Below are positions 35,466-49,950 of a stretch of 64,000 nucleotides of DNA, piece after piece. The position numbers and the translations under genes were made by a program. Numbering within the stretch: the first letter of the stretch is position 1; each line of letters starts with the position of its first letter. The notes under the pieces were generated by a model. It made no database searches and was not told where the DNA came from. It saw only the letters and a program-made list of their open reading frames with translations. The DNA is from Aplysia californica. Its lineage: Eukaryota. The stretch lies in the NCBI RefSeq assembly GCF_000002075.1, contig NW_004797492.1, positions 43,821 to 107,820 of the forward strand, in the 5' to 3' direction.

Positions 35466-36485
35466 AGAGAAAAGATTTTTTATCAAGTATCGGTCTTTCT
35501 GCTGGGATGTTGTAAGGTTCATGAGCCTCAGGTCAGCTGTTGGTTTTTGTGGTATATTGAAGAACACATTCTAATGGGAGGTTGTGTGTCTTGTTCAGGG
35601 TAGAGGGAAGAAAGAAAAGCTTGTGAAGAACTAGGGTGACTTGAAGTTAAACACAGGGGGGGGGGGGGGNNNNNNNNNNNNNNNNNNNNNNNNNNNNNNN
35701 NNNNNNNNNNNNNNNNNNNNNNNNNNNNNNNNNNNNNNNNNNNNNNNNNNNNNNNNNNNNNNNNNNNNNGGGGGGGGGGGGGGGGCAGCCTTAATTGATA
35801 GTTTCCCTTTCTTCTGTTGTTTCATGGATGTTGGGGTTGAAGTCTCTTCTTTTTTTTTTTTTTTGGTCATTTGTCATTGAATAAAACAGTTATACGTCTT
35901 TGAGTCAGTATTGTCGCTCTGGTCTCTCGGTTGTTTGTTTTTTTGTATACTTTGTTCAATGTTGTACTGAAGTTGGTTATTACAGCACAAGGAGCAGAGG
36001 TCACGATTTTCTGGATAATCCAGAGGTCTGAGTGTCTGGAAGTATCTGGCACTATATTATTCAAAAAGATATCGGTTGTTGGCAGGTGCTCAGGTGTGGT
36101 TTGGTCCTTTCCTATCGAACATCTGTTGTCCCTATCTCTCCTCCTTTTCTTGTATGTTTCTCTATGAACCCCTCCACTCCATTCTTTGGGCACTTGTAGT
36201 ATGACTGTGTGTTGCAATGGCTGGAAAACTGGAAAAAACTAACTCTTACTACTACTATTACTGCTGAACTCCCAAGCCCTGTCACTGGCAAGGTTGGTGA
36301 CACACTCACAGCTCAGAAAAAGTCGTGTGCTGCTTGCCAAGCCAAGCCACTTGTACTTGTATGTTTAAGAGAGCAAGTGATGGAAATCTGAACTCCGAGA
36401 GGGGAAGGTTGTTTTTTAAAGTAAAAGTTTTACAGCACTTGCAACACATTGGGTCAAATATTTTTATTTTTAGTAATAAGCTGAC

Positions 36486-38266
36486 ATTGTTAGTTTTCCG
36501 CGGGAAAATGGATCAACCGTGCTGCGGAATAAGATTTTTTGCAGAATTTTGGAAAAAATTGTAAGCATTATTCATGTTTTCAGACGTAGAATTTCGAGAG
36601 AAAAAAAACAAACTCAAGCGAGCTCCGAGCTGACGATGTTAGAGTGATCTTCTGGAAGCCGGAAATTAGAGCGTTCTTTTTTTTTTTTTGAAACAAAATT
36701 GATCTTGATCTAGATTCTTCTTTGTTCTAGTAGATCTAGATCTGAGGTTTTACGGCACTCGCATGGCTGGCAACTGCGTATATAGGTCATTATGGGCGTC
36801 AAGGGGTGGATGTCAACAGAGAGGTCTAAACGGGGGATCAGGTTTACTCTGTTCACCTCTCTAGCCTCAATAATAGGCTACTAACTCTACTTAGACTATC
36901 AAGGCACCCTGAAAATAGCAATTCACAAAAGAGTGACAAACATACAAAAGAAGTAGAGGAAATGATAGTGATAGGAAGGATGAGGAAAGAAAAAGCAGCA
37001 GTTCCCCCAATTCCCTATACTATGTTATTCCGACACGGTATGATGAGCATGACGTTGATAAATCAACCCCTGTACCTTTCTTCTGTGCATAAGAACATGT
37101 TCATATCCCCCCTTTGGGAATGGCGTAAAGACAGCTTCAGGAAGTGGCACTACCCTGTCTGCTAGATTCTATTGTGCATGCGCTATTGTATAGGAGTACT
37201 GGCGAGACGAGATTTTTGTCTTCAATGCCTCCTGACAATCAATGACATACAATGGAAACCTGATATAACAGGGATGGTGGGAGTAGAGAAAAAATCCTGT
37301 TATATCCGATCCCTGTTAAATCTGAAATGCAAGGAAAGTGAGCATTTGTGGACTAATCTAGCAGTACTTATTCATGGGTAGTTTCCCTAGCCACAAGTAC
37401 CCACGAACAGGAGTTTTGGCATCAACATCAGAAGAGCTTGGTCCACAGAATCTGCATCGGGTGGTCTTATCTTCTTTCGATCGAGAGCAAACTTTTCATT
37501 GGAGTATGCTGCCACTATCCTCTCTCTATCATTGTAATGGTGGGAATCGACCCTTGTGGAATGTCGAACTGAAGATAAATCTCTGCCAGTGGAGCTTGCT
37601 TTTTGTCAACAGTCTGGATTATTTCGTATTTTTTGTCAATTGAAAGGCACTTTCTCTTGCGCTTGACATCGTTGGTGACCATAATGAAAGAAGTAGGCTT
37701 AGATCTAGGCCGACCGGTCGTCCCCTCTCTCTCTCTCTTACTTTTTACACATTGTTAACGAGCCTTTGTCCCTGCTATAACCGGTTGGGCTCCGATGAGG
37801 CCCTGTTATTGCCGATAACTTTTAACAGAGACAAAGAGTAGGAAAAAACGGGGATTTTAATCCCTGTTATTACCGGATCCCTGTTATTACCGGGCCTGTT
37901 ATATATGGTTTTCACTGTAGCTCAAACTGCCAGCTCACCTGATTTTGAAATTACCGGCCTACAATGTCTCGTTTCTTCGAGTCACACTTTTTGCTGGTAT
38001 TTTATGCTATAGTTTATATAGGCTTGTGTTTCTAAACAAAAATACAGACTGTATGCTGCTAATTTCTGGGGGTTTTAAAATTCCATTTACTGTGTCTGTA
38101 GTGCTACTTCTTAGCTTATGATTAATTGATACTTAATTGGTACTTATATTTTTTAAGCAGTATGGAAAAAGAAATTTAGACAGGGTCGCAATCCTTGCAG
38201 AATTTTGTCATTTTGGGGTAAAATTCTGCGCAGAATTTTGAAAATTTTAATGCAGAAAACTACAAT
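36486..38266. mobile_element. Putative non-autonomous DNA element with imperfect TIRs, hosting a nested Tigger
   Basis: attgttagttttccgc.. at left vs ..tgcagaaaactacaat at right, with subterminal gcagaattttg repeats at both ends. Confidence 0.45.
37250..37917 (-). mobile_element. Tigger/pogo deletion derivative
   Basis: TA-flanked TIRs caatggaaacctgatataacagg / cctgttatatatggttttcactg. Minus-strand MVTNDVKRKRKCLSIDKKYEIIQTVDKK (CENP-B-type HTH) starts at 37682. Confidence 0.85.
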
Positions 38267-39120
38267 ATCAGAATAAGTGCCTAAGATTAGAGTTAGATCA
38301 GAGTTGTTACAAGAGAATAACAAACAGAAAAAAAAGAGGTAAGGACCATAGAAGTTTGATCGGAAAGGAGAAGCAAATCACACGAGAGCACCTGCCAACC
38401 GCCCAGTGTCTGATACTGATGCATCTTGAAAGCAACACACTGTAAATGTTAAACAGGTAAAATGCCATTGCCTTACGCTAGGAGAATATTTATAAGTACA
38501 TACAGTGGGGTTCACTTGAAATGAAATCCGCTTGATTTTCTTTGGTTTAATTTTAAGGCAAAGACAGTACAGAACAAGATGGGCCACTCAGCCAAAAAAG
38601 TCCGCCGGAAGTTCGCTCTTTGCTTCTTCAGATGGCGCTGCAGTCTGTTTTGAAGCTCTCTTTCATTTTTCCAGAAGAATAGGAATAGCACCTCTTTGTG
38701 TGCGCAGATCGACTGCTGTTCATCAGCAGTTCGGGTTCGTTCAGTAAGGAGTTTTAGTTTTTTAAAATTTTAATGACCTCGTTTTTCTTTCTAAAGTCAA
38801 ATTAAACGAAGAAAACAATCACCCTTTGTTTTTTGTCGGCGTAACCATTTTAAAAAAGCGTTCTTCAGAAATTTACTCAAAAACTTGCTAGTTTCACTCT
38901 GATATTTAAAAACTCAAGTAGGGTAACTCTGTTCGCAAAGGGTGCATATTTGCGAAGAGGGCGCCACCGAATTTTGAGGACACTTTTTTAATTGGCTCAA
39001 AGAGAGGAGTGGACCCTCTTGTTATGTAGACTCTGATTAAGGCAAGGCTGGTTTTTGGTTTAAAAGTTGCTCAAAAATAGAAGGGGGAAAATTGGGATTT
39101 TCTTTTCTTTGTTTTCCCCT

Positions 39121-39235
39121 GTGTTTGTATGAACCATGTTGGACTATGTGGACTCCAGTGTTTGTATGAACCATGTTGGACTATGTAGACTCCAGTGTTT
39201 GTATGAACCATGTTGGACTATGTAGACTCCAGTGT
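39121..39235. repeat. 37-bp tandem repeat x3
   Basis: gtgtttgtatgaaccatgttggactatgtagactcca. Confidence 0.9.
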
Positions 39236-41337
39236 ACTATAATTAATAATAGTACAACAACAACAACAAAAAAAGAACATTGTTCAGAGAAAAAAAGGTT
39301 GTTGGATACTTTATTGAATGTTTTGAGGGATAACTTTATCTTGTCAAACTTCCGTCTGCGTAGATACATTTCAAATAAATGACAATGCAAATTATGGTGA
39401 ACAATAACTGAAATGAGACTCTTCTTTTGAACTAACCGTGAAAACAAAAATATATACATACATTACATATGTATACAAAAACAATACATATAGTAACAAT
39501 CAGGACCAATTGAGCAGCTTCTGCTACCATCTGTTTGTGGCTCACCAGAAGGTTAGTTTTTCTGTAAGTTTAACGGCACTTGCAACACAATTAGGTCATA
39601 AAAGTGCTGAAGGTTAGAGGTCACAAATGAGCAACACACAAAGAAATGGGAAAGAAGGTGCACAGCACCTGCCAACCACCCACACCAGAATGAGATACTC
39701 AATAAAAATTTCTCCCCATTCTCAAATGGATCTCAGGGTATCCTAACAACATGCACCAGTGAAGTGCTCAGTTGCTGCACCAGTGAAGTGCTCAGTTGCT
39801 GCACCACAGGGGCCGCTAAAGTGTCTGTCTGGACAATACACACGACACCACACAGGGATGCCACCAGGGTTTTGTGGAAAAACTTGGAAATTTACCTACT
39901 TGTATTTGCGAATACAGTAAATAGACACAATGAATATATATGGGGTTCAACAGAAACAAATGCTGAGAATGATAAGTTTTTTTATAGCCAAAATCATGGA
40001 CAAAACAGCAACCCTGATGCAGACGGCATCACTGAAAACCCCAGGAGTAGTACAAACCAATATTGCAGAGCTCAAGTCAGAAATTGCACCCATCAGATTA
40101 GAATCTGTGTCCACAAAGACAAAAAGTAAAGGCCTACATTATTCTTAAATTGATCTAGTCTGGTACGGATAATTCAAACACGTGGGAGACTGAAAAATGT
40201 GTTCAACACACTCATAATTCCGATTGTCTGGGAATAGCAAATTGTACAAGCTATCTCTACTATCTGCAATTTCGAGTTTTCCGTGTTCGTGTTTCTTCTG
40301 TGCCCAACTGTATTATCTTATCGTATCTTATCTCACTGAACTGAGTCTGAGTGTCAGTGTCAGGCAGGCTCATCAGGAAAAGAGAGATACAAATTCATTA
40401 ACATTAACATTCTGACAACCTGAAGGGGATGACTTTTTTTCCCCAAGCTGCACGGCAAACCCACATATTAATTAAAACCGAGGTTTTGAAAGGAATGGTT
40501 TTTTAAAGCTTACCAAAATAATACTCCCATGGAATAAAGCAACATGAAACTGGACATGACATATGTCCACCACTTCCAACCACCCTCCTTCACTGATGGA
40601 TAAAGAATCTTAGCCTACACGATAACTAACAGACTTCCTGCAAAGACTGAGAGCAAAAACGTAAAAATATTTTGATTTCAAAGTAAAAAGAACCTCTTTT
40701 AAGAGTGAAAAATGTTTGTAAAATAAAACTGCGTTCTTTTCTGGTCCTCAGCCATTGCAGAGTCTGTGTCATGAGAGAAAATACTGGGGCTTAAAGCCTT
40801 CTGAATAATACAACAAAGAAAAATTTGAGATCCTGGAAGAGAAACTGAAATACAACAAAAATGGCAAATACTAATAGTAATAACGCAGGAAATATCCGAT
40901 AAATTGTAAATGGCAATAGCCAACACGTCTAAGTTGAAACATCTGCTGCTACTACTACTAAACTTTATTTTATAAAAGGAAGAAGAAAAAGAATCTACGC
41001 CCAAAATTGCTACAGCGAGGGCATTTGATGAGCATCTTTCAATCAATGGCTACCATTCAACAATCAGTAGGGACTACTTTGTAAATATGATATTGTCATT
41101 GTCAATCTCCTATTAAAACAAAACAACTTTTGGGTATGCCAAAGTTTAAATTTAAATGAAAGAAAGAAAAAATCCACCACATGTGAAAGCCCTCTCTGAG
41201 ACCGAGTTAGATCAAAGAAGACAACACATACGTGACAAGTGTATTATATTCCCAACAAACACACCAGCCCAAAACAACATGTTGATGGCTGGGTGCAACA
41301 CTACGACAAACGTCAACAAACGGTATGTGTGTGTTAT

Positions 41338-41760
41338 CATGGTGGAATCAGGCGTCCTCAAAATAATGATAATGAAGAAACCGCCATTCTCACGCTTTTT
41401 GAGAAATTTTTGTCAATTTTTTTTCTTCTGAGGCTCAGGGTCTTTAAAGAGCATGAAAAACACATTTCTATATGTGGATTTTACCAAAAACTGGTGATCA
41501 AAGAACCAAAAAAAAAAAAATGTAAATTTGCAGTTTTCAAAAGCACCCAAACTTTGGAGTTGGAGCTCACCAAACTTTCTTGCAAATTTTATCTCTGACA
41601 CCAGGCGACCCCACCTCCTTTAATCACAAATATCTCAATTTCTTTTCAACAGAGATGGGTATTTTACTTTTTATCAAAAGCAAGGCAAATGAACAGGCTT
41701 TGAGATGATACCAATAGCTCTGTATGCCCAAAAAACTGACGAGTGCCTGATTCCACCGTG
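41338..41760. mobile_element. MITE of about 420 bp
   Basis: TIRs catggtggaatcaggc / gcctgattccaccgtg, with related copies at about 9600-9940 and from 63714. Confidence 0.75.
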
Positions 41761-41864
41761 ACCTATATATATGGTAAAATGCTGTTTGTCGGAGCCTTGT
41801 ATCCAGCCACCAAAGTGGAGGTCAGAAAAACACGACACCATCTGAGGGCATTTTTCTCACACTA

Positions 41865-42210
41865 TAGTAACAATAGTAATAATAATTGCATTATATAGCG
41901 CATATCCACACTCTACAGTATGCTCTATACAAACAAACTATTATTACCCCAGTGGACCCGGTGACACACACAAACATTCTCAGCTTCCCGGGAAGCACAA
42001 AGTCCAAGAAGCTGAAGAAGCGTTCAAACATTAACAAACAGACAAAAAGGATCTTTCGCTGTCTATAGCCAGGTACCCATTCCCACCTGGGTGAAGTGAG
42101 GACAACTTGTGTTAAGTGCCTTTCCCAAGGACACAACGTCCGGCCGTTGATCAGATTCAAACCCAGGACCTTGCGGTCCGAGAGCCTAACCACTAGAGCA
42201 CCGACGCCAC
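41865..42210 (-). mobile_element. tRNA-derived CORE-type SINE
   Basis: Minus strand: A/B-box head, gttgtgtccttgggaaaggcacttaac core, cacccaggtgggaatgggtacc, and a gcgctatataa...(ATT)n tail. Confidence 0.75.
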
Positions 42211-43519
42211 AAACCGTCCAGGACCCTGAAGTAACACATCAGCAGTGGATGCCAACAGCAAACACAAACACACACGTGCGCACACACACACACAAGAACA
42301 CGCACACAGGCTCAAGAACAAGTAGGCACTAAAAAAAAGCAACACCAACAACACATTGCAAAAGTGTACACCTGGCACCCACACGCTCCACGCCTCTGTC
42401 TCTCACATTCTCTCATGGACCCCCTGCTCAGCCTAATCTATTCTTCCAGCATCTTTCTCATAACCACAAAAGTTGGGCCTAAATAGCAGGAGAAACTTAA
42501 AAAATCTAGAGAAATCTTTTCTCCAAACATCTATAGAGGACTGATTGGGGAGCCAATATTGCCAGTCTATTTCAGACCCAACAGTCAAAATAAAGAGAGA
42601 AAGACAAAATAATGGATTGGGTGGNNNNNNNNNNNNNNNNNNNNNNNNNNNNNNNNNNNNNNNNNNNNNNNNNNNNNNNNNNNNNNNNNNNNNNNNNNNN
42701 NNNNNNNNNNNNNNNNNNNNNNNNNNNNNNNNNNNNNNNNNNNNNNNNNNNNNNNNNNNNNNNNNNNNNNNNNNNNNNNNNNNNNNNNNNNNNNNNNNNN
42801 NNNNNNNNNNNNNNNNNNNNNNNNNNNNNNNNNNNNNNNNNNNNNNNNNNNNNNNNNNNNNNNNNNNNNNNNNNNNNNNNNNNNNNNNNNNNNNNNNNNN
42901 NNNNNNNNNNNNNNNNNNNNNNNNNNNNNNNNNNNNNNNNNNNNNNNNNNNNNNNNNNNNNNNNNNNNNNNNNNNNNNNNNNNNNNNNNNNNNNNNNNNN
43001 NNNNNNNNNNNNNNNNNNNNNNNNNNNNNNNNNNNNNNNNNNNNNNNNNNNNNNNNNNNNNNNNNNNNNNNNNNNNNNNNNNNNNNNNNNNNNNNNNNNN
43101 NNNNNNNNNNNNNNNNNNNNNNNNNNNNNNNNNNNNNNNNNNNNNNNNNNNNNNNNNNNNNNNNNNNNNNNNNNNNNNNNNNNNNNNNNNNNNNNNNNNN
43201 NNNNNNNNNNNNNNNNNNNNNNNNNNNNNNNNNNNNNNNNNNNNNNNNNNNNNNNNNNNNNNNNNNNNNNNNNNNNNNNNNNNNNNNNNNNNNNNNNNNN
43301 NNNNNNNNNNNNNNNNNNNNNNNNNNNNNNNNNNNNNNNNNNNNNNNNNNNNNNNNNNNNNNNNNNNNNNNNNNNNNNNNNNNNNNNNNNNNNNNNNNNN
43401 NNNNNNNNNNNNNNNNNNNNNNNNNNNNNNNNNNNNNNNCCCTCCCCCCCACACTACAGAACAGCACTTCCTTCTCCTCGTTTGTCTGTCCGTCCGTCCG
43501 TCCATCCGTCGTTCCTCTT

Positions 43520-46500
43520 TCAGTTCCTCATGAAATACACCTGGTCCTTAGACTTGGCGGCCGAGAAGATGCACTGGATTGCGGAGAACACCACTTTAGG
43601 CGGCTGTGCGGCGTCGACGGCCACGTGCAGATCCCGCTTGGAGTAGTAGTCGACTAGGGGCTTGGTCTGTCGGTGGTACGAGTCCAGGCGTTTCTTCAGT
43701 GCCTCCGCGTTGTCGTCCGATCTCCTCACCAGAGGCTCCCCGGTGATCTGGAAACGCGAAGGACTTATAATAATAATAGTAACAATATGATGATAATAAT
43801 GACAATAATAACAATATAATAATAATATGATGATGATGATAGTATAAAATGAAAATGATGATAATACCAACAACAATAATAATAACAAAGATCACTTCTA
43901 TAGCTCCCACCCAGCACCTAGCCACTTCACAATTGAAAAAATTGGACAATAAAAATCGACAGCAAACACAATGACACATTTCATACATATATATCAGCCC
44001 ATTCAACATGTACACGTATGTTTGTAATTAATTGCATTTGATCTCCCAAATGGGACTCTGTGCTGTTTTTTCCACTGGTTTAAGGACGACGTTCTAGAAG
44101 ATGTTTTTGCAACTTGTGCCTTTGCATACTCTTAACAGGGAGAGTATAATAAGGCTTTCTTAAAACCTCTCTTGGTTGTACATTTTTATCTCGCCTGTAC
44201 AAAAACTGAAGGCATGGACTCGGCGCACAAAGGGTTAACAGAAGCAAAACTCACGTCGTCAGTCATGGAAACCTTGGGTGGATTGAATTCCTCGTGGTAG
44301 CTCCGCCCACTCTTGATGTGGAAGAGGCGGCCGGTGATCCGCCGCACCAGGAGCGAGTCGTCGATGGAAAACTCCACCACAGAGTCCAGGGGGGACTTAC
44401 GCTTCTCTAACAGGTCGTCCAGCTGTCGGGTGGGGGGGGGGTGGAGTCAGACGGGGAATGGGGAAGGAAAAAGTAAGACATTTATGCTTTGAAACTTGAC
44501 GTTCAAACCAAAATTCCATCTATAATGAAGAAACAATCTTGTTCTGTGAACATCTTTGAGATGGGCAAAAATCTTGGTCTTGCCCTGAGATTTAGTCACA
44601 TTTTCCACAACTTGAATTTACTGCTTACATAAATTATACTAAATTATAGAGAAAGTTCTTTTAATTCTTGATTAATACGCACATAGGTACCGTATAAAAA
44701 AGAATTTTGACACATGCTGCGTTACCTTTTCAGCTTGAGGAATAGTGCGAGGGAAGCCGTCGAGGAGGAAGCCATTACGGCACTCCGGCTTGTCCAGGTT
44801 GGAGTTGACCATCTCCAGCACCAGCTCGTCAGTGACTAGCTGACCGGCGTCCATCACGCCCTTGATCCTCTGGCCCAGCTCACTGCCCGAGGCCACCACC
44901 GCCCTCAGCATATCACCTGTGGGGAACATCACAACGTTTGTGACAACAGTCTTCATGGTGGGTATTTTTGCTCATAATCATAATACAAACTGGTGCGTGG
45001 TTGTCGGGTGCTCTGGTGTGGTTTGCTCCTAATTCTTTCCTATCAAACATTTATCGCCCATTTCTCCCCCTTTTTTCTATGTAATTTACTCTCTATTAAC
45101 ACCTCTAATCTTAAGCACCTATTTGACCTACTTCTAAAAATATAATACATTTTTCTTCAGTTATACACCATATTTTTTTAAGTCAATATTTTATTTTCCG
45201 ACATATTTCTCACTTAGGAATGGATGTAATAAAACTACCGAAAGATGAAAATATTCCTTGCGCAAACTGCTTTTTCTAGCAATTGTAGAAACCTAATTAT
45301 TGCAGTGTCCGCATAATTATAGCTTATACTGTAATCTGAAAGACCTACAGATTTAAAAAAAATCATTTAACTTTTTTTCGCTTCAGAAAGATTGCACAAA
45401 TAACAAAGAAAAAATGGTGGCTCTCCATTGTTTTGTTTTATGGTATTTTTGGATTCTTGTAGCTGCATGAACCATCACAGATAAATCAAATATAGGAATA
45501 ATTAGAGTAAAAGCATTATCTGCCAGTGCCTGAAGAGAGCACGGAAATTCTTGCCTTTATACGACCAAATGCTAACACGACAGACCTACCTGTTGACAAG
45601 TGACACACACAGTACTTTTCTGCCAACATCGGGGCCTTGGGAAAAAGAAAAAAAAGAAATGATTCATTACAAAAATCTAAGTGCAATGTCATCATGCAGA
45701 ACCCCCCCCCCCCCCCCCCATCTAAATCTATTATATTTCATAGCTTCAATTCAACCACAAAAAACTCAAACCAACCAAACTGAAAAATTTAGTGAAAATT
45801 TCATGAGAAAAAAAAAAGAAAGAAAAAACTATCTGCATCCCCAGTAACAAGTCAAAATAAAATTAACTCTATCTCCCTAAAAAACAACTGGACAAGAACA
45901 TTCCAACACTCAAGGTCATATATAAAATTTTATACATTCAAATATAAAAATATAATAATTACCGGAAAATTTGACGGCCGAAGGTAACATTTTAAGATAA
46001 GATTAAATCTAAGGAAGCAAGCTAACTGACAGCATAAAATAAGTAAAAATAATCCAATATAATCTAAAATTTAAAGAAAGGGAACAAGTGGCAAGGGAAG
46101 ACCAGATTAAAGAAAGAATTTAAATCAGAAAGTCATTTGTCGTCTCATGAATTATGATGGTAGGTTTTAAAAGTAAAAGGCCTTTCATATCATTAATTAA
46201 TAAGGCCACCTCTATTCTCACCCGGGGTGAGAATAGTGCAGGCGGGTCTTGTGGCTATTCTCACCCGGTGCGCGTGTCAACAAATTTTGCATTCACCCTA
46301 AACCACAGAATTCTACACTGTGATAACAGAAAAATTGTAGAATTCTGTGCTGTGAACAAACGTTCCATTACAACTGTACTTGTAGCCTACTAAAAGCGTA
46401 CAATTTTGTCTGTGGGCAGTGGAGAGAGAGAGTGAGAGAGAGAACAAAACAAAATGGCGACCCGCGTAGTTGGGCTCGATTCGAAAAGTTAAATAGCCGT

Positions 46501-47258
46501 AGCATCTTTGTAGACAACCAAATTAATTTACTTTTGTGTTTTAACATCATTTTTTAACTTTGTTTTGGTCAATTTGATCGTCCACACCGATAGACAGTAT
46601 TCAGAAAGAGACAGAGAGAGAGAGAAGAGGGGAGGAGTAGATCTTGCGAGAACTTCCGGGCGGGTGAGAATAGCCACTTTCAATTAATAATGACATAAAA
46701 AAACATGACCTCTAAAGTGGACTCTGTATTTTCGGATTGTCACGATGACTTGGTTTCCACTTGCTGTGTCCTCAGCTGAACAAGCTGACTTATTGACAGT
46801 GAATTGTTGTCACTACAAACATTTGGAACTTGCGCAGACAGGACTGCCTTCATTCATAGCAGACTATAAATAAGGCCACAACTGTGTTTGTATTTATTCC
46901 ATTTCAGTCACATCTCTTCTAATCTCCACCCTTTCTGCACTCTTCACTGTCCATATCATACACGTTTGACCCTCTTGACCCGCTAAATGCCGATAGACAG
47001 GGTCAGCTATACTAAGAGGTGTACGATGTATACCTAGATTCTAGATCTAACTATCGCTTTCACTACGTTTGTTTCACCTCACTTTCGCCGGCCCGTCGGA
47101 TCTCGTGAATTCATTCTAGAACGAGAATCTATATCTACATTAACACGATACTTCTTAGAACTTACTTGAGTGCCCTTTCCAGAACCTGGCGGTCCTAGAA
47201 GAATGGCATTGATGCCATTAGATTCATCGCGGGAGGCAGGTTGTGGTGCAGCCGGCAT
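43520..47258 (-). CDS. AK2: Adenylate kinase 2 (241 aa). Exons 47258-47166, 45635-45590, 44916-44726, 44422-44255, 43747-43520
   Basis: P-loop [60 protein letters not shown], and RRSDDN. All junctions are GT-AG and in phase. Confidence 0.96.
46184..46699. mobile_element. MITE-like inverted-repeat element in AK2 intron 1
   Basis: tcattaattaa..ctattctcacccg at left vs cgggtgagaatagccac..ttaataatgac at right. Confidence 0.55.
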
Positions 47259-49870
47259 TTTGAGACAAGACGTGTGTTCTCAGACTCACTGATGTGCCCG
47301 TAACCTTAGGCCTATGAAAAGGTGCAGAAAAAGGTCAAAGTTAAAATCAAGAACGGGATTTTGATGATAAAAAAACAAGAAGTCACTGCTTCAGAAACAA
47401 AACAATAAAACATTGACAAACTGAAAATGAAAGAAAAGATCGAATGAATGATAGAGAAAAGGACTAAACAGATGAGATGAATATAGAAAAATAAAGGTAA
47501 GGACGTAATAAATGGAAAAAGCTTTGAATAAACTACAGAAGAATTGAAAAAGGATGGCCCAACATTAAAAAACCCAACGCACTCGTGGCAGGCTTTTTTT
47601 TTGTTAACGGCAAAGAGGTTATAAATAGAACTCTTTGGTTTACGGTCAAAGGGAAATAACCATGAAATAAACATGCCGAAATAGTATATCCTACCTATCT
47701 CCCTTGATTACGAGTTCTATCAATCTGAACCGCCTGGACGCAAAGAAACCCGAGTATTAAAATAGTTAAAAGAACGTATAGATTCTAAACCTATGTTTTG
47801 TGGATCTTTAAGCTTCAGCCTCGTCGTCTCCCTTCTACATAACCAACTTCTTTACACTCTCGTCCTCCTCCTCTGCATTCTTCTCCCCATCATTCTCTTC
47901 CTCCTCCGAGAGCGAAAGAAAGACATTAACACAAAGAGATGTATGTTATTTAATGTAATATAAAAAAATATTTACTTTGGTATGATTATGTAATATTTAC
48001 TTTGGTATGATTATGTAATATTTACTTTGATATTGTTGTGGAGGGTTACCATTTTGGCACGATTTTAACAAATTCCCAACAATCAAACATTAGTTTTTGT
48101 TTTAGTCTCGACACTTGCTACAAAACATGTCAAAATTAAAAGTGCTGCAGATGAGAGGTGTTTCTACTACTGCTAGAGTGTGAGAGTACATGTATCATAA
48201 TAGAAACAAAAGAAGGAGGAGAGAAAAGGATGATTGATGTTTGCTAGCAAAGAAGGAGCAAACCTCTCCAGAACACCAGTCAACCTCCCACAAATCAAAC
48301 CTTATCATATGACTTTTAATTCACGTTCACGACTGGAAAGGTTTGCTGAAACACATCGAAGCTGCACCCACTAACCCTCCACAAGAATCAGACAAACCTC
48401 ATTGTTGTAAAGAGTAGGCTCTTTTCCATTGCACGCAAATGTGAGTTCGATTACCAAGTGGGAAAACTATTTAATCGAGTAGCCTACTTCAATTGCAGTG
48501 TCTGTGTCAGTGGGAAAGTTATTGATTTAGCAAGTTTTGTCCAAATTATCTAAAATGGCCACCCATTGTTCGGGACAAAAGTGTTTGTCGTAGAACAGGT
48601 GGATGTTTTGGACAGTGTCATTATACTTTAGAAAAAAAAAAGCAAGCGGGGAGTGGGAAGTGTCCATTTGTACAGGTGACCGTCTCAGACGGGTGACCGA
48701 TAGAAAAGGTTGGACTGAACCTCAGTTACTGTGAGGGGGATATGTCTGGTATCTTCATCCATCTGTCTGCTGGGGATGTTGTACGTTGTATCCCACTCAG
48801 CCCGCGCTGGCCCCGACAGTCAGGTGTGAAACAGCCCGCCTCCTAAATTGTCCAGATTGTGTCCATGGGATATACAGTATAACACAGATAGCTTGAATCC
48901 ATTGGGACCGGCCTCGGTAGTTCGAGGGATCCGCAGTTCGAGGTTTATCTTACAAAGATAAAGAAATAAAAATTTAAAAACCGGAAAGAGGGCACATTTC
49001 GACGGATGCGTGATTTCGAGTCTTCTGCGTTCGACCAATCTGCCTTATGCTCATACTGTATAAGGACATTTTTACAAAACTGAAATAAATGACAGGAGAA
49101 AGATGTGAAAAGGTGGGAAAGAATTTCTTTCATCATGATGAATATTCTCTGTACAGACAACGTAAGGAGATAAACACAAAAATACACAAAAACATGCACA
49201 TGTGAATGATAAGAAAAATTCAAATTCAGTAGTTTATAAGTTTATTATTTAAAAAACAACCCTTTTTTCACAGCAACAGCCATGTAAGGAGAAAGAAAAT
49301 GACATCAAATCATCTAAACACAATGTGAAAACTAAAAAAAAGACACCATTAAATGACCATTTTTCAGTTGATTTGCTTCTCTTTACTCAAACAAACAAAC
49401 AAACAAAACAACATCATGAATGGAAGACCCGAGTGTGCTGAAAGACAAAACTTACAAAACATAATCTATGACACAATACCTTTCACTACAGACAACAACT
49501 CAGTTGGTATTTCTGTGGTGCAATGGTAAGGCTCATTGCCACTGCACACAAAAGACATGGGTTCAACGCTTGGGAATTAACAAATATTTGACTTTCTCCA
49601 CCTCCATCTCCTAGGATGTTGTATCCTGGGGGTTGGGGGGGGGGCAGGGTTGAAGCCCCCACGTCTGACTGAAATGATAGAAATGATAATTCTACCCAAC
49701 TGAGTTGTGTCAATGGGGTGCATCAAACACTACCAATCATTTCTGTCACACAAAAAATTGCCCTAAAGTGGGATGGCCATGTACAAAGATTAACTGTCAG
49801 ATGTAAAAGCAATCATGAATAGAAGATGAGTAGGCTGAAAGACAAAATCTTCTTTAATAAAACAAACTAT

Positions 49871-49950
49871 TTAACCCTTTCACTGCCAGTCCTGCTCTGT
49901 AACTCCACCTAATAGTTCAAGAGTGTTGTGGCTGGCAGTGAAGGGGTTAA
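49871..49950. mobile_element. Tiny piggyBac-type MITE
   Basis: TTAA-ccctttcactgccag ... ctggcagtgaagggg-TTAA. Confidence 0.75.

Noticed and set aside
42433-43657. Long ORFs of 300-370 aa
   Set aside because: Artefacts of the N gap at 42625-43439.
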